NCBI GenBank assembly: GCA_000934665.2
Contig: JYFJ02001945.1
Coordinates: forward strand, 56,850 to 76,849
DNA length: 20,000 bases
Origin: Catajapyx aquilonaris
Lineage: Eukaryota
Direction: 5' to 3'
The notes under the pieces were generated by a model, which had not been told where the DNA came from, did no database searches, and was given only the letters and a program-made list of their open reading frames with translations. A program made the translations under genes and the position numbers. Shown here one piece after another: positions 1 through 11,046 of this stretch (its first letter is position 1; each line of letters opens with the position of its first letter).

Positions 1-3000
1 CCGTGAAGTTGGTGTGGCTGGAACTGCACAGTTTGTTTATGAAAGGATCAAAATACCTATTACCTCCCATGTACTTTCTATCTTCAGTGCATACCTATAG
101 CAATAAAAGTTTGGAACAAGACTGCAATCTGTGCTACGAAATGAAGTAAATGGTTAGCAGTTGTTGGTTCATGTGAAGCAACTTAATTTTATATAAAAAT
201 GACTCGCTGAATGGAACACCCTGTAGCATAAAATTTCATTACATTGTTCAGGTTACGCTTATTAACTTGAAATGTTAGGTAAAAGTAGCCTTGCTGCCAC
301 GTCAACTGCTGTTTTTTTTGTTTTCTAACAATATTACTGTGGTCCCCAGGTCTGGTCTGCGTTTGCTCGCCTGCTGAATTCTTTTCTCTCAGGAACAACA
401 ATGTTTCGCAGCGTCCCTGCTATTAACAAAGTTATACGACCACTCAGGAAAAATTGCCAACTTAGTTTTCCTCCCCACAAAACCGTCCCACAATGTGAGT
501 AATCCTCACATGTGTCCACTTAGATGCAAATAACTCCCATTCACAGTCGCTGAAAGTTTCCGCCGGGCTTTCTAGCCCAGTTTTTTTTTGGTGTCATTTT
601 CCCCAGCCTGATCCTCCCCCCTCCGGACAATTTCCCCGACATCGCATGAAAACGTCGGACTAATCGGACAAGTCATGCAATGCTCGTTGGAATCCATAGC
701 ACCAAATGAATACCCGACTCTTTATGCAAACTGTAACAATTTTCTCTCTCTATCTCTGGTCCTCTCTCCGGTGCGCACAATTTTTGCGTGGAGAGATGAT
801 CTGTCGCAGGAATAATCTGCATGGGAGAGGCACACCCGTCGACAGGTTGTCACGACCCTTTTTTTCCCCCTCTCTCTTTCCCTCGAATATATATAGGAAA
901 GAATAGTCAAGCCCCCGGACTGTCAGAAGCTGAGTCTGGCAACCTGTCAAAAGGTTGTCCAATCACGGGTCATAATTATGTAGGCAGAGGGATTTTCCCT
1001 CCCCGCGGGGAAAACCCGGTTGGAAGGATTGGTTAGGAAACTCTTGGCCTTTTGTTCCCCATTTCCTCAACAACACCTGTCTTTGTCCCTCCCTCGATAG
1101 AAGATAGAGCAAAAGCTGAATGGCGGAAGAGGGATGATGCGTCAGAAGCTGGACCGATGGGAAACTCTGGGTTTGACAGTTTACTTATTACATGGCGGGG
1201 CTCTACGCCACAATGAACGGCCTACACCGCTAACTATGGGAGCAAAAAGGAAAAGGGAGAGAGAGAGAGGGAATCATTATCGAAAATCCACTGATGAGGT
1301 TTGGCAAAATGTGCGTGTGTTTTTTGAACCAACATGTGCAATTAACAGTGGTGGGAGTAAATAGACTAAGCAATTATTTGAATGTATACACGACATGTTG
1401 AGATGTTTTACTAAATAAAATGTTGTTTGTATACTGTACAATAACTCCAGCAGGATATGTCAGTACATTTTTGCAATATTTAGTGCAGCCTATACATTAA
1501 ACTGCTGTAATTGCAAAAAATATTTACTGGATTGCCAGAGTCTGTGAGCAACAAGGCTGAATCGGAAAGGCCTACATTTTGCTGCAACCTCTCTATTCAA
1601 AGAGAAGACCTTTCTCATGCAATTCACGTCATCGCCACCTTGTGCACGGATCCTGAATTCCAATGGCTTACACAAAACACCTAATGGCTGATAATGTAAT
1701 TGGACGAAGACTCTTGGAAAAACTCTGGCTCTTCTTAATTAAATCGTGCCTCCTTTTCTTATTTTTTTTTTTACTTTCCTCTCTTCCTTTTCTCTGCGAA
1801 GAAAAGACAACTATGGGCAGGATCGACTCTAAAGGATGTCTCTCCAGGGAAATCGTACGGCCTCATAGCTGAAAGATGAAGGAAGGACGAGGCCCTCGTT
1901 TTATTTTTTTTCTCAGGGAAAGAAGCTTAAAAGTGGAAGGAAGAAAAAGGGGAAAAAAATCACTTCTCAAGAAACGTAGGGACTAGGAAAGAATAAAAAA
2001 GCAGCATTGTTTGCGTTTATTTTCAGACGGCTTTAACAGCGCAGCACAGCAGATCAAAGTGATCTATCAAAAATAACGTCATGTCCTCTTGAAGATATTT
2101 GTTCATCGTATAACCTTTTACTTGCTGGACTTGATGTGTACAGAGTAAATTATGAAACAAGATCTGCTTATTTGAACTGCTTATTATGCGTACAGAGTAT
2201 ATGTAACATTGGAACAAGTCTTTGGTCAATATTGCCATTCTGTTCCTTACACTGCAAATGGACGCCTATAATTGCAATATAAATTCACTTCCAAACGACT
2301 AGATTAGACAGTGCCAGGTGCCAACTTTCCCAAAACTGTAGGGAAGATCTGCGCCATTGTGAATTTTTTAAAACTGAATAGTAGCCCCCAAATCCTTCTT
2401 CTTCTTATCGTTGGGCGTGTGTGGCCAAGCAACAGAGGAAAATCCGCTGAGACCCTCTTCAGCTGGAAAGGACGGAGTAGGATGGGGGTTGGGAGGGAGA
2501 CGACGTTTGATTTATTGCAGAAGGTGGAGTGTTCCCGTAGACTTTACAAAACACCCTTTAGTATTGAGAGGTTACGCCCTCGGTGAAAATTTCAACCGTA
2601 TAGACCAAGAGGTGGGCAAAAAAAACTATAATGAGGTTGTTTTGTCGTCTCTCAAATGGTAAACGCCGCTGGGGACTTAAATGCACGTCTTTTGTGTAAA
2701 CAATAAAATCCTTTTGAGAACAGTCCCGTCAAAAATGTGTATGTCATTACATCAATATTTATACACACAAAAAATGGCGTAATCCTTGTCAGCGAAGTAT
2801 CTCAAAGCTACTACAGTACATCCGATTTTTGATCATTAAGATATAACGACGAGTCAGCTTATAATGGAACGTAATGAGACCCAGACTATGTAGCCTATAC
2901 TTTTGTTTCCATTTTGTGTCGGCAAAGCTTCTTTACTCGTAATGAAACGAGCGAGGCCGCTAGCACACTGTTGATGGGCAAATAATATGGCATTGACCTA

Positions 3001-5012
3001 CATTGACTGACACATCATTACAGGCTATTTAAAAATTTATTTGCGCCTGCAGATATAACGCCATACTTTTTTGAAAGATGCATTAATTAACTGGCCAGTG
3101 ACGGATGTACCATTTTTCCCTGTCACTCCTGATATCTTGCAAAACTAATATATAGCTAGTGGGGCTATGCCTCTTTATCGAAAAAAACATTAGGTTAATG
3201 CGGCCGAAGACAGATCGGAACAAGCGGCAATTAGTTTATTAATTGATTGCCTGTGGGAGAGATTGATGGCTATCTGTCGGTTGCATGTACAAATCCTTTT
3301 TTTTTCCTCTCTCTCCCTCTCTGGCCTGGCCTCTCGTTGTAGCTCAGTGTGTATGGCACGCATTTTTCAATCACTATAGCATTAAATACGTGTATTGTTC
3401 TAATTAGCCTAATGCAGTGCATCAGGATTTGTGTGTGCAACAGCATTGCCAGGCTGCGAGTGGCATAAACTCTCCCAAACAAAGAGATGGGAAAGGTTGA
3501 TATGAACGAATAACACCCGGTTTTATTTATAGGTTGCTTTATATATAGGGAGGGATAATATTCCTTTTCCCTGACAGTTAAAAAAAACGAGAGATCAGTA
3601 AGGTCAAAGGGGCGTTGCAATGGCAATGTGATCGATCAACCGGTTGCTCCTGGTGATGAACCGTTTTTTCTTAAAAAAAAATTAGTATATAGCTTTTGCG
3701 TACGTTTCCCGAATGCAGAGTACGCATGCCTGTTTCTGATCAGGGCGGATTTATACTCTAATTACACGGAATATTTCGGCCGGCTTAATTGAATTCCGCT
3801 CTGGAGTATTTTCAACATTTGGGCAATGCTGAGATTTCGACAAAAGTAATGATGGCAATTTTTTTAAACTAATCGCTGAATGCAGCAATCTCGATAATGA
3901 GCGTCCATAATATGAAAAGACATTGTGCTTGTAACATTGTGATATAAAGCTTAATAGTGACAGACGTGTTATTTGATAACTGACAGAATATTAAATTCGA
4001 CGCCATACATCCTCTCTCTGCAGTTAGGCAGCCTCAGGCTTCCTTTATGTATAAAAAGAGAGAGAATCTGTAAAAAAAAAATCAGGAGTGGAAGGTAAGG
4101 TATCCGCGCAGAGTTGTTCAAAAGGATCGGTTTCCCATCGTTACCGAAGCTCCTTTCTTTGTCATCGGCTTATCAAGCAAGCATCGATTCCAGTTCGAGC
4201 AAGGTTAGCAACCTTCTTGAAAAGGTTTTCTGTTGGAACAGTTGACGCAGCTGAGGCGACGGCTCAGGAATCATTCGTTGGATAGTATATACTGAAGCTC
4301 ACAGCAGAGAGAAAGTGTGTGTGTGTCCATAGATTTCCACCATTAGTTGGAGTCACATTAACTTGCTACTTTATGGGATTACTTTTACTGCTGCCATTGT
4401 TCTAGCCATAATTAAAGTACTTCGGAGCACTGTATAAGATGTTAACGCGGTCTGGATGGGGGCTTATTCAAAAGCGTACTCTCATGATGAACTGCCTGCC
4501 GCAACCTTGAGATTTAACGAGCATTAACCTAATGACTAATATCCTAAATAAATGATTAAGTATAGTCCGTTGGTTGAAAGTAGCATATTTTTAATGGAGA
4601 GGCAAATTCGTATATGTACTAATGAGTCTTTATCCTCTGGATTGCCGAAGGAAGAATATAAACTGTATAATTTTCATGATGTTCAGCTGCACTGTATAAA
4701 GCAACAGGAGCTCGCCCTATAAGTTTGTCAGTGTTATTACAGCACACCCTGTATACCACCCCGGGTAAGTGAGCCTCACATTTTTTTTCCTGTACATAAA
4801 GATTCCAACCGGAAGCAGAAGTGCTACATCTGTGATAGAAATGCATTTTACAGCGTCTTCTCTCATCGTCTCATATCTCCCCCACTTCCCATCTCCTCCT
4901 TCTCCTCCTCCCTTCCCCAATCTTCGTGCCGCCAATCCTCTCATATCCTCAGAAGCCGCTGAGATGAAGCAACCCATTTGCATGAATTCTCTTTCCTAAG
5001 GGCAAAAGATAT

Positions 5013-5084
5013 TGTCGTTGTGCTTGTATGGTATGAGCCAGCATTTGATGTCACAATGTCGCGTTTTGCTCCTGAGTGAGGTTG

Positions 5085-5087
<3 letters not shown>
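5013..5087. repeat. 75-bp direct repeat, copy 1 (followed by a GA tract)
   Basis: tgtcgttgtgcttgtatgg...gagtgaggttgagc is base-for-base identical to 5335-5409 (offset 322 bp). Confidence 0.97.

Positions 5088-5142
<55 letters not shown>
5088..5142. repeat. (GA)n microsatellite, ~27 units, truncated by N at 5143
   Basis: Uninterrupted GA run read directly from the sequence, ending at an ambiguous base. Confidence 0.98.
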
Positions 5143-5143
5143 N
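5143..5143. other. Ambiguous base / probable contig junction
   Basis: Single N directly after a long GA run, a typical place for an assembly break. Confidence 0.8.
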
Positions 5144-5334
5144 TGTGTACTACATCATCGCGGCATGTACAACACCTACTAGTACACATTGGCGGTAGAT
5201 GTCAAAGGAGATACCGCTAATTAGGCTTAGGAGATGGTACAAGGTGATAAATAAATGTATAGCCTCGGGGTATAAGAAAGGATGCAAAAGGGGGAGGGGC
5301 TTAAAGGATTAGCCAAGTGCGTACTCCCTCTCTC

Positions 5335-5424
5335 TGTCGTTGTGCTTGTATGGTATGAGCCAGCATTTGATGTCACAATGTCGCGTTTTGCTCCTGAGTG
5401 AGGTTGAGCGAGAGAGAGAGAGAG
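5335..5424. repeat. 75-bp direct repeat, copy 2, with short (GA)7 tail
   Basis: 5335-5409 is identical to 5013-5087; GA run at 5410-5424; preceded by a short CT-rich tract. Confidence 0.97.
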
Positions 5425-5647
5425 CTCATGCTGAGCTGCTTGATATCACAAAATAATGCATGAAGTGCGATTACTTCAAAGTGCCAACCTCTTTAATGGT
5501 AACGATACACTGAAGGACCTCAACTCGTCTTCATTCTCGTTGAACCAGGAATAACAATAGAGCATAAAATCACAACTGATGCTGTATTTATTAATAAGTA
5601 GGCCATTTATTTATTTATTTATTATTTTGTTTGTTTAATATTTGCAG

Positions 5648-5685
5648 GGATTTTAAAAGTGCCAAATGACGTCACAGTTGTTGCG
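5648..5685 (+). CDS. Candidate 38-nt coding micro-exon (xILKVPNDVTVVA), Ig I-set A/A' strand-like; speculative
   Basis: T-rich tract and tttgcAG acceptor (5646-5647), gcg|GTGAGT donor (5686). Only one frame is open, and its I-x3-P-x-D-x2-V spacing fits the start of I-set domains. No homology or expression support. Confidence 0.2.
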
Positions 5686-8600
5686 GTGAGTTCATTTTGG
5701 AAGTAGTGTTTATTAAAAATCAAAGTGTTGAGTAAATGAAGTGGAGTCAATCTAGCGGACTAGTTGCACCAAACCTTTGTTGTTGGTATAGTATGCTTGA
5801 GTAATAAAATAGATGAGTTGGATCTTCGCGCCTGGAGCTCCGAAGAGGAATCTCCTCAAAAGAACAGAGCCAGGAGGATCACCACCAACAGGAACATGGT
5901 TATAAATGGATTTGCTTCTTTTCTCTCGTTTTTTCCCCCTTGTTCGTTTTTTTTCTTCTTCTTTCTCTTTCTCTCTCTCTCTTCCTTTTTTCCCTTTTCT
6001 AATCTCGCCCACTAAACCCAGTTTGTTGGCTCCCCAAACAAACTCCGTTCCATTTACATCCATCCAACTTGATTTGGCCTGCGGCGCAACCTTTCTTCTC
6101 CGGATCCAAGACGACGCCGAGGCTTTGCGGCAAGAGTGGCCGCATTCGCTCCCAAGCTTTTCACTCCCATAGCACCTCTTTTTTTTATTGCGCCCCCCCC
6201 CCCTTCCTCCACCACCAAAGTCTGTGTTGTTTACCTACCAAGTTCTGTGACCTGACATGCTGGTGGAAGCCAAATGAGCCGGGCTTAATTCCTCACAGGT
6301 GACTGGGCTTCACGGCTGCGGTGTTCTATGGCTAGAAAAACAACGGGATTTTTTTTGTGGGGTGAAAAATAGGGTGGGGTGAAGCAAACTGTTACGTTTT
6401 AATTTTTTAAGGATAGGACCAAGTGCGAATGTTGTCAGAGTGTTGGTGCCAAACACTCTTCAAAAAAATGCAGAGAGTGAAAACCTTGGAGGTTCCTGAC
6501 CACCCTAGGTTTGTTGTAATTTAATGGGCAGAATAGTACTGAATTTAATTACCGTACATGCTTGGCAGAGCCAGCATTGGCCAAATGTGTTAATAATTAA
6601 GTGGATTGCATAATTATCCTCCAGCGCGAAGCTAAACTATTGAGTTGGGAATTAGGAGATAATAATATTACGGCATGTTGCTTCTGGTGGGTCGTTTCAA
6701 CAGAGCTTCAGATGCTGTTACTTGGATTTGGGCGCAAAAGCCTCGATGCATTTCAATAATTGAAAAAGTGACCAACATTTGGTCGTTACTCGCAACTGAA
6801 TGTAATAAATCGGCGAATTTTAAATTTGCATGAAAGTGGGGCTCATAAACTAGGCTGCAATCAAGGCCAGAGAAGTTCATGAAGCTGAAGCATCAAGGGC
6901 TCCTAAACTTACTAAGGTGATGAGCCAAGTTCATGATAAGACTTCAGCCAAGGCTGTGAAGACATTAAACGTATGGCTCAGCTGTGTGACTATCGATAGT
7001 CTCTACCAGTCATAAATGGCACGCAAAGACAGCCAAAGTTGACAAGAATATTGTCAGTCATAAAAATACACGAATTTTGCGCACTAACTTTAGCGACTGT
7101 ACGCTGCATCGTGCTCTTATTAAATGTTGCTTAACATTTTGCAACTTCACCTTATCAGATATATCCAGCCTATTGTAACATATACTGTAATCGGAGCTCG
7201 CCAATTTGTTATTTTGAGCGTTAAGAATCTGCCAATCTGACGGTATTACGCCCAAGGAGGTGAGACTTTTGCGCCAGAAATAGTCCAGACGTCCTTATGC
7301 TCCGGCGGCTTTTGCTGCTCAAAAGTTTCCTTATTACGCATTCTTAAGGATTCGCAACTTTAGAGGAAAATCGGGACATCCAGCAATTACTACACTGCAC
7401 ATTGGAAGAGTTCAAAAGCGCATACCAGTAAAATAAATACGTCACAACTAGGATGCATGATTACATAATTTGTGTGGTCTGCTAATGAGAGAATTTTGAT
7501 TCCTACTTGACTTTGAGATTCATACACGTCTCATTTGCATTCAGTATTTCGTTTTAACCACGTTGCTTCTATTATACTTCGTGTGAAGCCTGCTGGAGAG
7601 TGTGAGAACCGTTTTCTGGCTATCTCAGAGCCCATCGGGAGCGGAGTCGCTTGAAATATGGTGACACTGAATAGATGAATGCAGGTTGCTGTTTCGTGAG
7701 TAGAAGATCGCGTGCAGTTAGTCGTGCAAACAAATTCTTCCCGACTCAAACTCACGGCAAAAACAGGGAGTTCTTAAATGCTATTCACAAGCTACGTTTG
7801 GTGTGATTTTGTTGGAAATTACCTTTCATCGGCCTGTCTGCAAAAATCAGTGTTCAAATGCAAATATTACGATGTCATCTGTAATGTATAGAAAATGTTT
7901 GAAAATACTGGAAGAAAGGTAGCGTCATTTTGAATTGCGCAGTACTATTCGTATTTTATACAGAACCGTACCTATAGAAAATATGCACAATTTTCGTACT
8001 TATTGAAAAAGTCAAAGCCAAAGTGGAGATTAGAAGTGTAAAACCCGAAGCTCCCCTGCTGCGTGGCTCGTTCCGAAATCGGTAGTGGCCACTGTAGCCA
8101 TAATTGAATGATGAAAATCAAAAATCTTTTAATCCACGGGACCCAGGCCCGGAATTTAAATTTCCATGATTCAATTTAGATAAGGCACTTTTGTCTAAGA
8201 ATTAATTTCAGCCTGATTAAACCCTCTATCAGAGGGCTTAGTTTTCGCACATTTAAAGCTGAAACGCTATAAAAAGTACTGGAGAAAACTATAGTATCAC
8301 TTGTCTGTCCAAATGGACGTTAGTATACTGCATATTTAGGAGATAGTCTCAGTTAATGCCAAACTTGGTCTATTTGTCCGCAAAAAAAGTTGCCAACAAT
8401 TTTGTTTTGCAGACTAGATTCAGAGAGAGGTGAAACCCAAGAAAGAAAACAAGAATGATGAAGTAGCGCATGAAAGTCTTTTTTTTTGCATTAGGAGATG
8501 AATTCGGGAGGCAGTGCCGGCCTTTTTTTTACTTTGTTACTTAGAAAGGAAAAGGTTCTCACCCTTAGTGCTATCTGCCAGCCATTTGTTTTCACTCGCT

Positions 8601-9350
8601 ATCCGACGGCCACTCGTACATATATATTTTTCCTTCTTTTTTAAGCCCAGACCTCTGAATCCATCCAGTTCCCATTTTTTCTCCCTATTTCCATCTGCCC
8701 ACAGATTTTCTTTTTTTTCCCTCTTCCAGAGGTCTGTCTCTCTAGTCCTAATGGACTATACTGGAGAGAGTCCTATGGAATGTTGGCTGCTGGAGAAAGA
8801 GCAGAGCTAGAGGAAGTTTGGAATTTATGAATCGCAATATTCCAGAACGTCAGGGGCTTTTCGCGCCGTCGGACGGGGCTTAAATATTACAAAGGTAGAA
8901 ATTAGGAATTAATCCCGAGTTGCCAATAACCAAGTTGGCCCTCGTCAAGTTCTTTGACTCTGGGGACAGGCAGGGTTTTTGGGTGGAGGGGATGGAGGGT
9001 GGTGGAAGCCCCCCCCCCCTCCCTCGAAATGAACGGAGAGAGGATTTCCGACGTCCTAATTATCTGGGAAATTCTCCAGAGTGAAGGTTCCCTTTTTAGT
9101 AGTGAGTACCTCCCAAGTTCGTATTGAAATCCAGATGTGTCGGTGTGGGAGGAAAAAAAAAAGTTTTATTCCAGTCTCTGAAAGGTCGTAAGGAAGACTT
9201 TTTCGATCATGCACGTCTGGATGTACAGTCAAAAAAGTACACAGGCGCAAGGGAATTTCTCATTTTGTGTAATCGCAAAAATTTGGGCAATATTTGGACA
9301 TAAAACTGCAGCCTGGAAATGTCATTAGAGGAAAATGCGCGGAGAAAAAT

Positions 9351-9436
9351 CGTAACGTAACGTAACGTAACGTAAGCCAAGCCAACCTAACCTTTCTAAC
9401 CTAAACTAACCTAAACTAACCTAACCTAACCTAACC
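9351..9436. repeat. Compound pentamer tandem array ending in (CCTAA)n, the reverse complement of arthropod telomeric TTAGG; interstitial telomere-like repeat
   Basis: (CGTAA)5, (GCCAA)2, CCTAA, CCTT, TCTAA, (CCTAA ACTAA)2, (CCTAA)3 read directly. Confidence 0.93.
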
Positions 9437-9928
9437 CGCAATTCTGTCCATCCGCTTGGAGCAGTCAGTAAACAAATTTTCTTTGGCAAAAATATGACTA
9501 ATTTTGGCAATTATTCACCTACTCGTGACAAGTTCAGGTCACCAACATTTTGCGAAATTATTACCAAATAACTGACGTTAGCAGGTGGCGACTGATTGCA
9601 AGGTTAATCAGCATTACATTAGGATTAGAGAGACACCGTGCCTGAGAGTTATAACGTGGCGTGCATTTAATGGCAGACTAGCACGCCACTAGAATATCAC
9701 AGAGAGAGGAGGCAAGTACGTACCGTATGCTTAATTAGTGAACTAGGAGAAAATGGAGAAGAAGCCACAAATCGATGAGGGTTGGAAGTGAAAGTAAGTG
9801 GAAGGTCAGTTTGGGAGCTCTTTGCCCCATTATCCTTGCATGAGCTCATCTGCATTAATTTCCAACGACTCTGTCTGCTGCCTACTCGGCTCCGGATTTA
9901 GAACGAGGCCCGGAGATTATTCGCAAAA

Positions 9929-9949
9929 CCCTTCCCTCCCTACCCTCCC
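9929..9949 (-). other. Canonical G-quadruplex motif on the minus strand
   Basis: ccc tt ccc t ccc ta ccc t ccc gives five G3 runs with 1-2-nt loops on the minus strand. Motif only; folding not shown. Confidence 0.65.
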
Positions 9950-10400
9950 TTCACTACAACCCCCCCTTTTGCTGGCTCCTCCAACTTGCATCCAATGAAG
10001 CCTAGAAAACCGTTTCCAACCCTAATCATGGCACTGATTATTGGCATTTCTACTTACACTCCGCACGAATTTTAAATGATGTCGTCGTAATGACTTATTT
10101 GACGCCCAAGGTCGGATATGCGCCATCAAAATTTGCTAGAAATATTATGGAGCCAAAGTGAATCAATTGTTGAACTATTTATCACATCATCGCCATAAAA
10201 ATTTTCGACTGCCAACCGGCCCTCCTCTGACCTATAAATCAAATCGACGAATCGCGCAAGATTCTGTGACGCTCGAGCAGAGCTGTGTTTATATATTATG
10301 GTCAGAGCGTGGTTATTGACGAGGGGCGAAAAACTGTCGAACTTGCTATGGCATTATTTGCAGTGACACGTTTTCGCAATTCGCAACTCGCTTCCAGGCG

Positions 10401-10404
<4 letters not shown>

Positions 10405-10454
<50 letters not shown>
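10405..10454. repeat. (CT)25 microsatellite
   Basis: Uninterrupted CT run read directly. Confidence 0.98.
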
Positions 10455-10461
<7 letters not shown>

Positions 10462-10876
10462 GAGAGAGATGTCGAATTGTTAAAAAGCGTCACATTAAAA
10501 CGGTATCTGTTTCCTGAACATATTCCCCTCGCCAAGCCTCTCTGGAATTGGAATAATTTGAAATGTGCCGCGGCGTAAACACTTGGCACCAGACCAAAAA
10601 TGGCATTACTGTACATTGTGGGCAATGAACCGACCCAAACCACCCCTGCATATTCCGAGCCTCTCATTCGGCCTGCTCAAGGCATTAATTCTCTCGCAAA
10701 TTGCCTCAAAAGCCTATTTGCGAACCTTCTGAGCTAGAAGGGACACATATAGTACATTCAAAACTCTATATACCCATTCAAAATAATTTAAATTTTAAAC
10801 AAACAAACAAAAAAGCAACAGGGCCGAAATTTAAGCAAACTACATATTAATTTTTAAACCTACTCTCATAAAAAAA

Positions 10877-11046
10877 CAAGCTGGGCAAATCACATGAATG
10901 TGATTCGAGTAGACTTTTTTCATTGGGCAGCTGGAATACTACACGATATGACACGATCTAATTGGACAACAATGACATACTGTAGAATACTGTCAGCCTA
11001 CAGATGCCCAATGAGAAAAAAAGTTTACTCGAATTTGCCAATCTTG
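10877..11046. mobile_element. Decayed fold-back / MITE-like element (imperfect inverted arms 10877-10933 and 11001-11046)
   Basis: Left arm versus the reverse complement of the right arm matches at 39/43 aligned positions, with one 14-bp insertion and one 3-bp gap; 67-bp spacer; no ORF. The inverted repeat is clear; transposon origin is inferred and no clear TSD is seen. Confidence 0.6.

Noticed and set aside
1..150. Open frames and a possible minus-strand micro-exon at the window start
   Set aside because: No recognisable peptide and several equally weak alternative readings; cannot be supported without flanking sequence.
3338..3361. tRNA/SINE A-box-like string tgtagctcagtgtgtatggcacgc
   Set aside because: No B-box (GTTCRA) downstream and no cloverleaf.
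10233..10270. TATAAA upstream of the (CT)25 tract as a GAGA-type promoter
   Set aside because: No consensus initiator at the expected distance and no downstream gene structure.
10985..11008. Resemblance to miR-8-3p (gAATACTGTCAGcctacagatgcc vs recalled TAATACTGTCAGGTAAAGATGTC)
   Set aside because: miR-8 is nearly invariant in arthropods, whereas this has several mismatches and an indel. The seed-containing part lies in the unpaired spacer of the fold-back, with no properly placed 5p arm.
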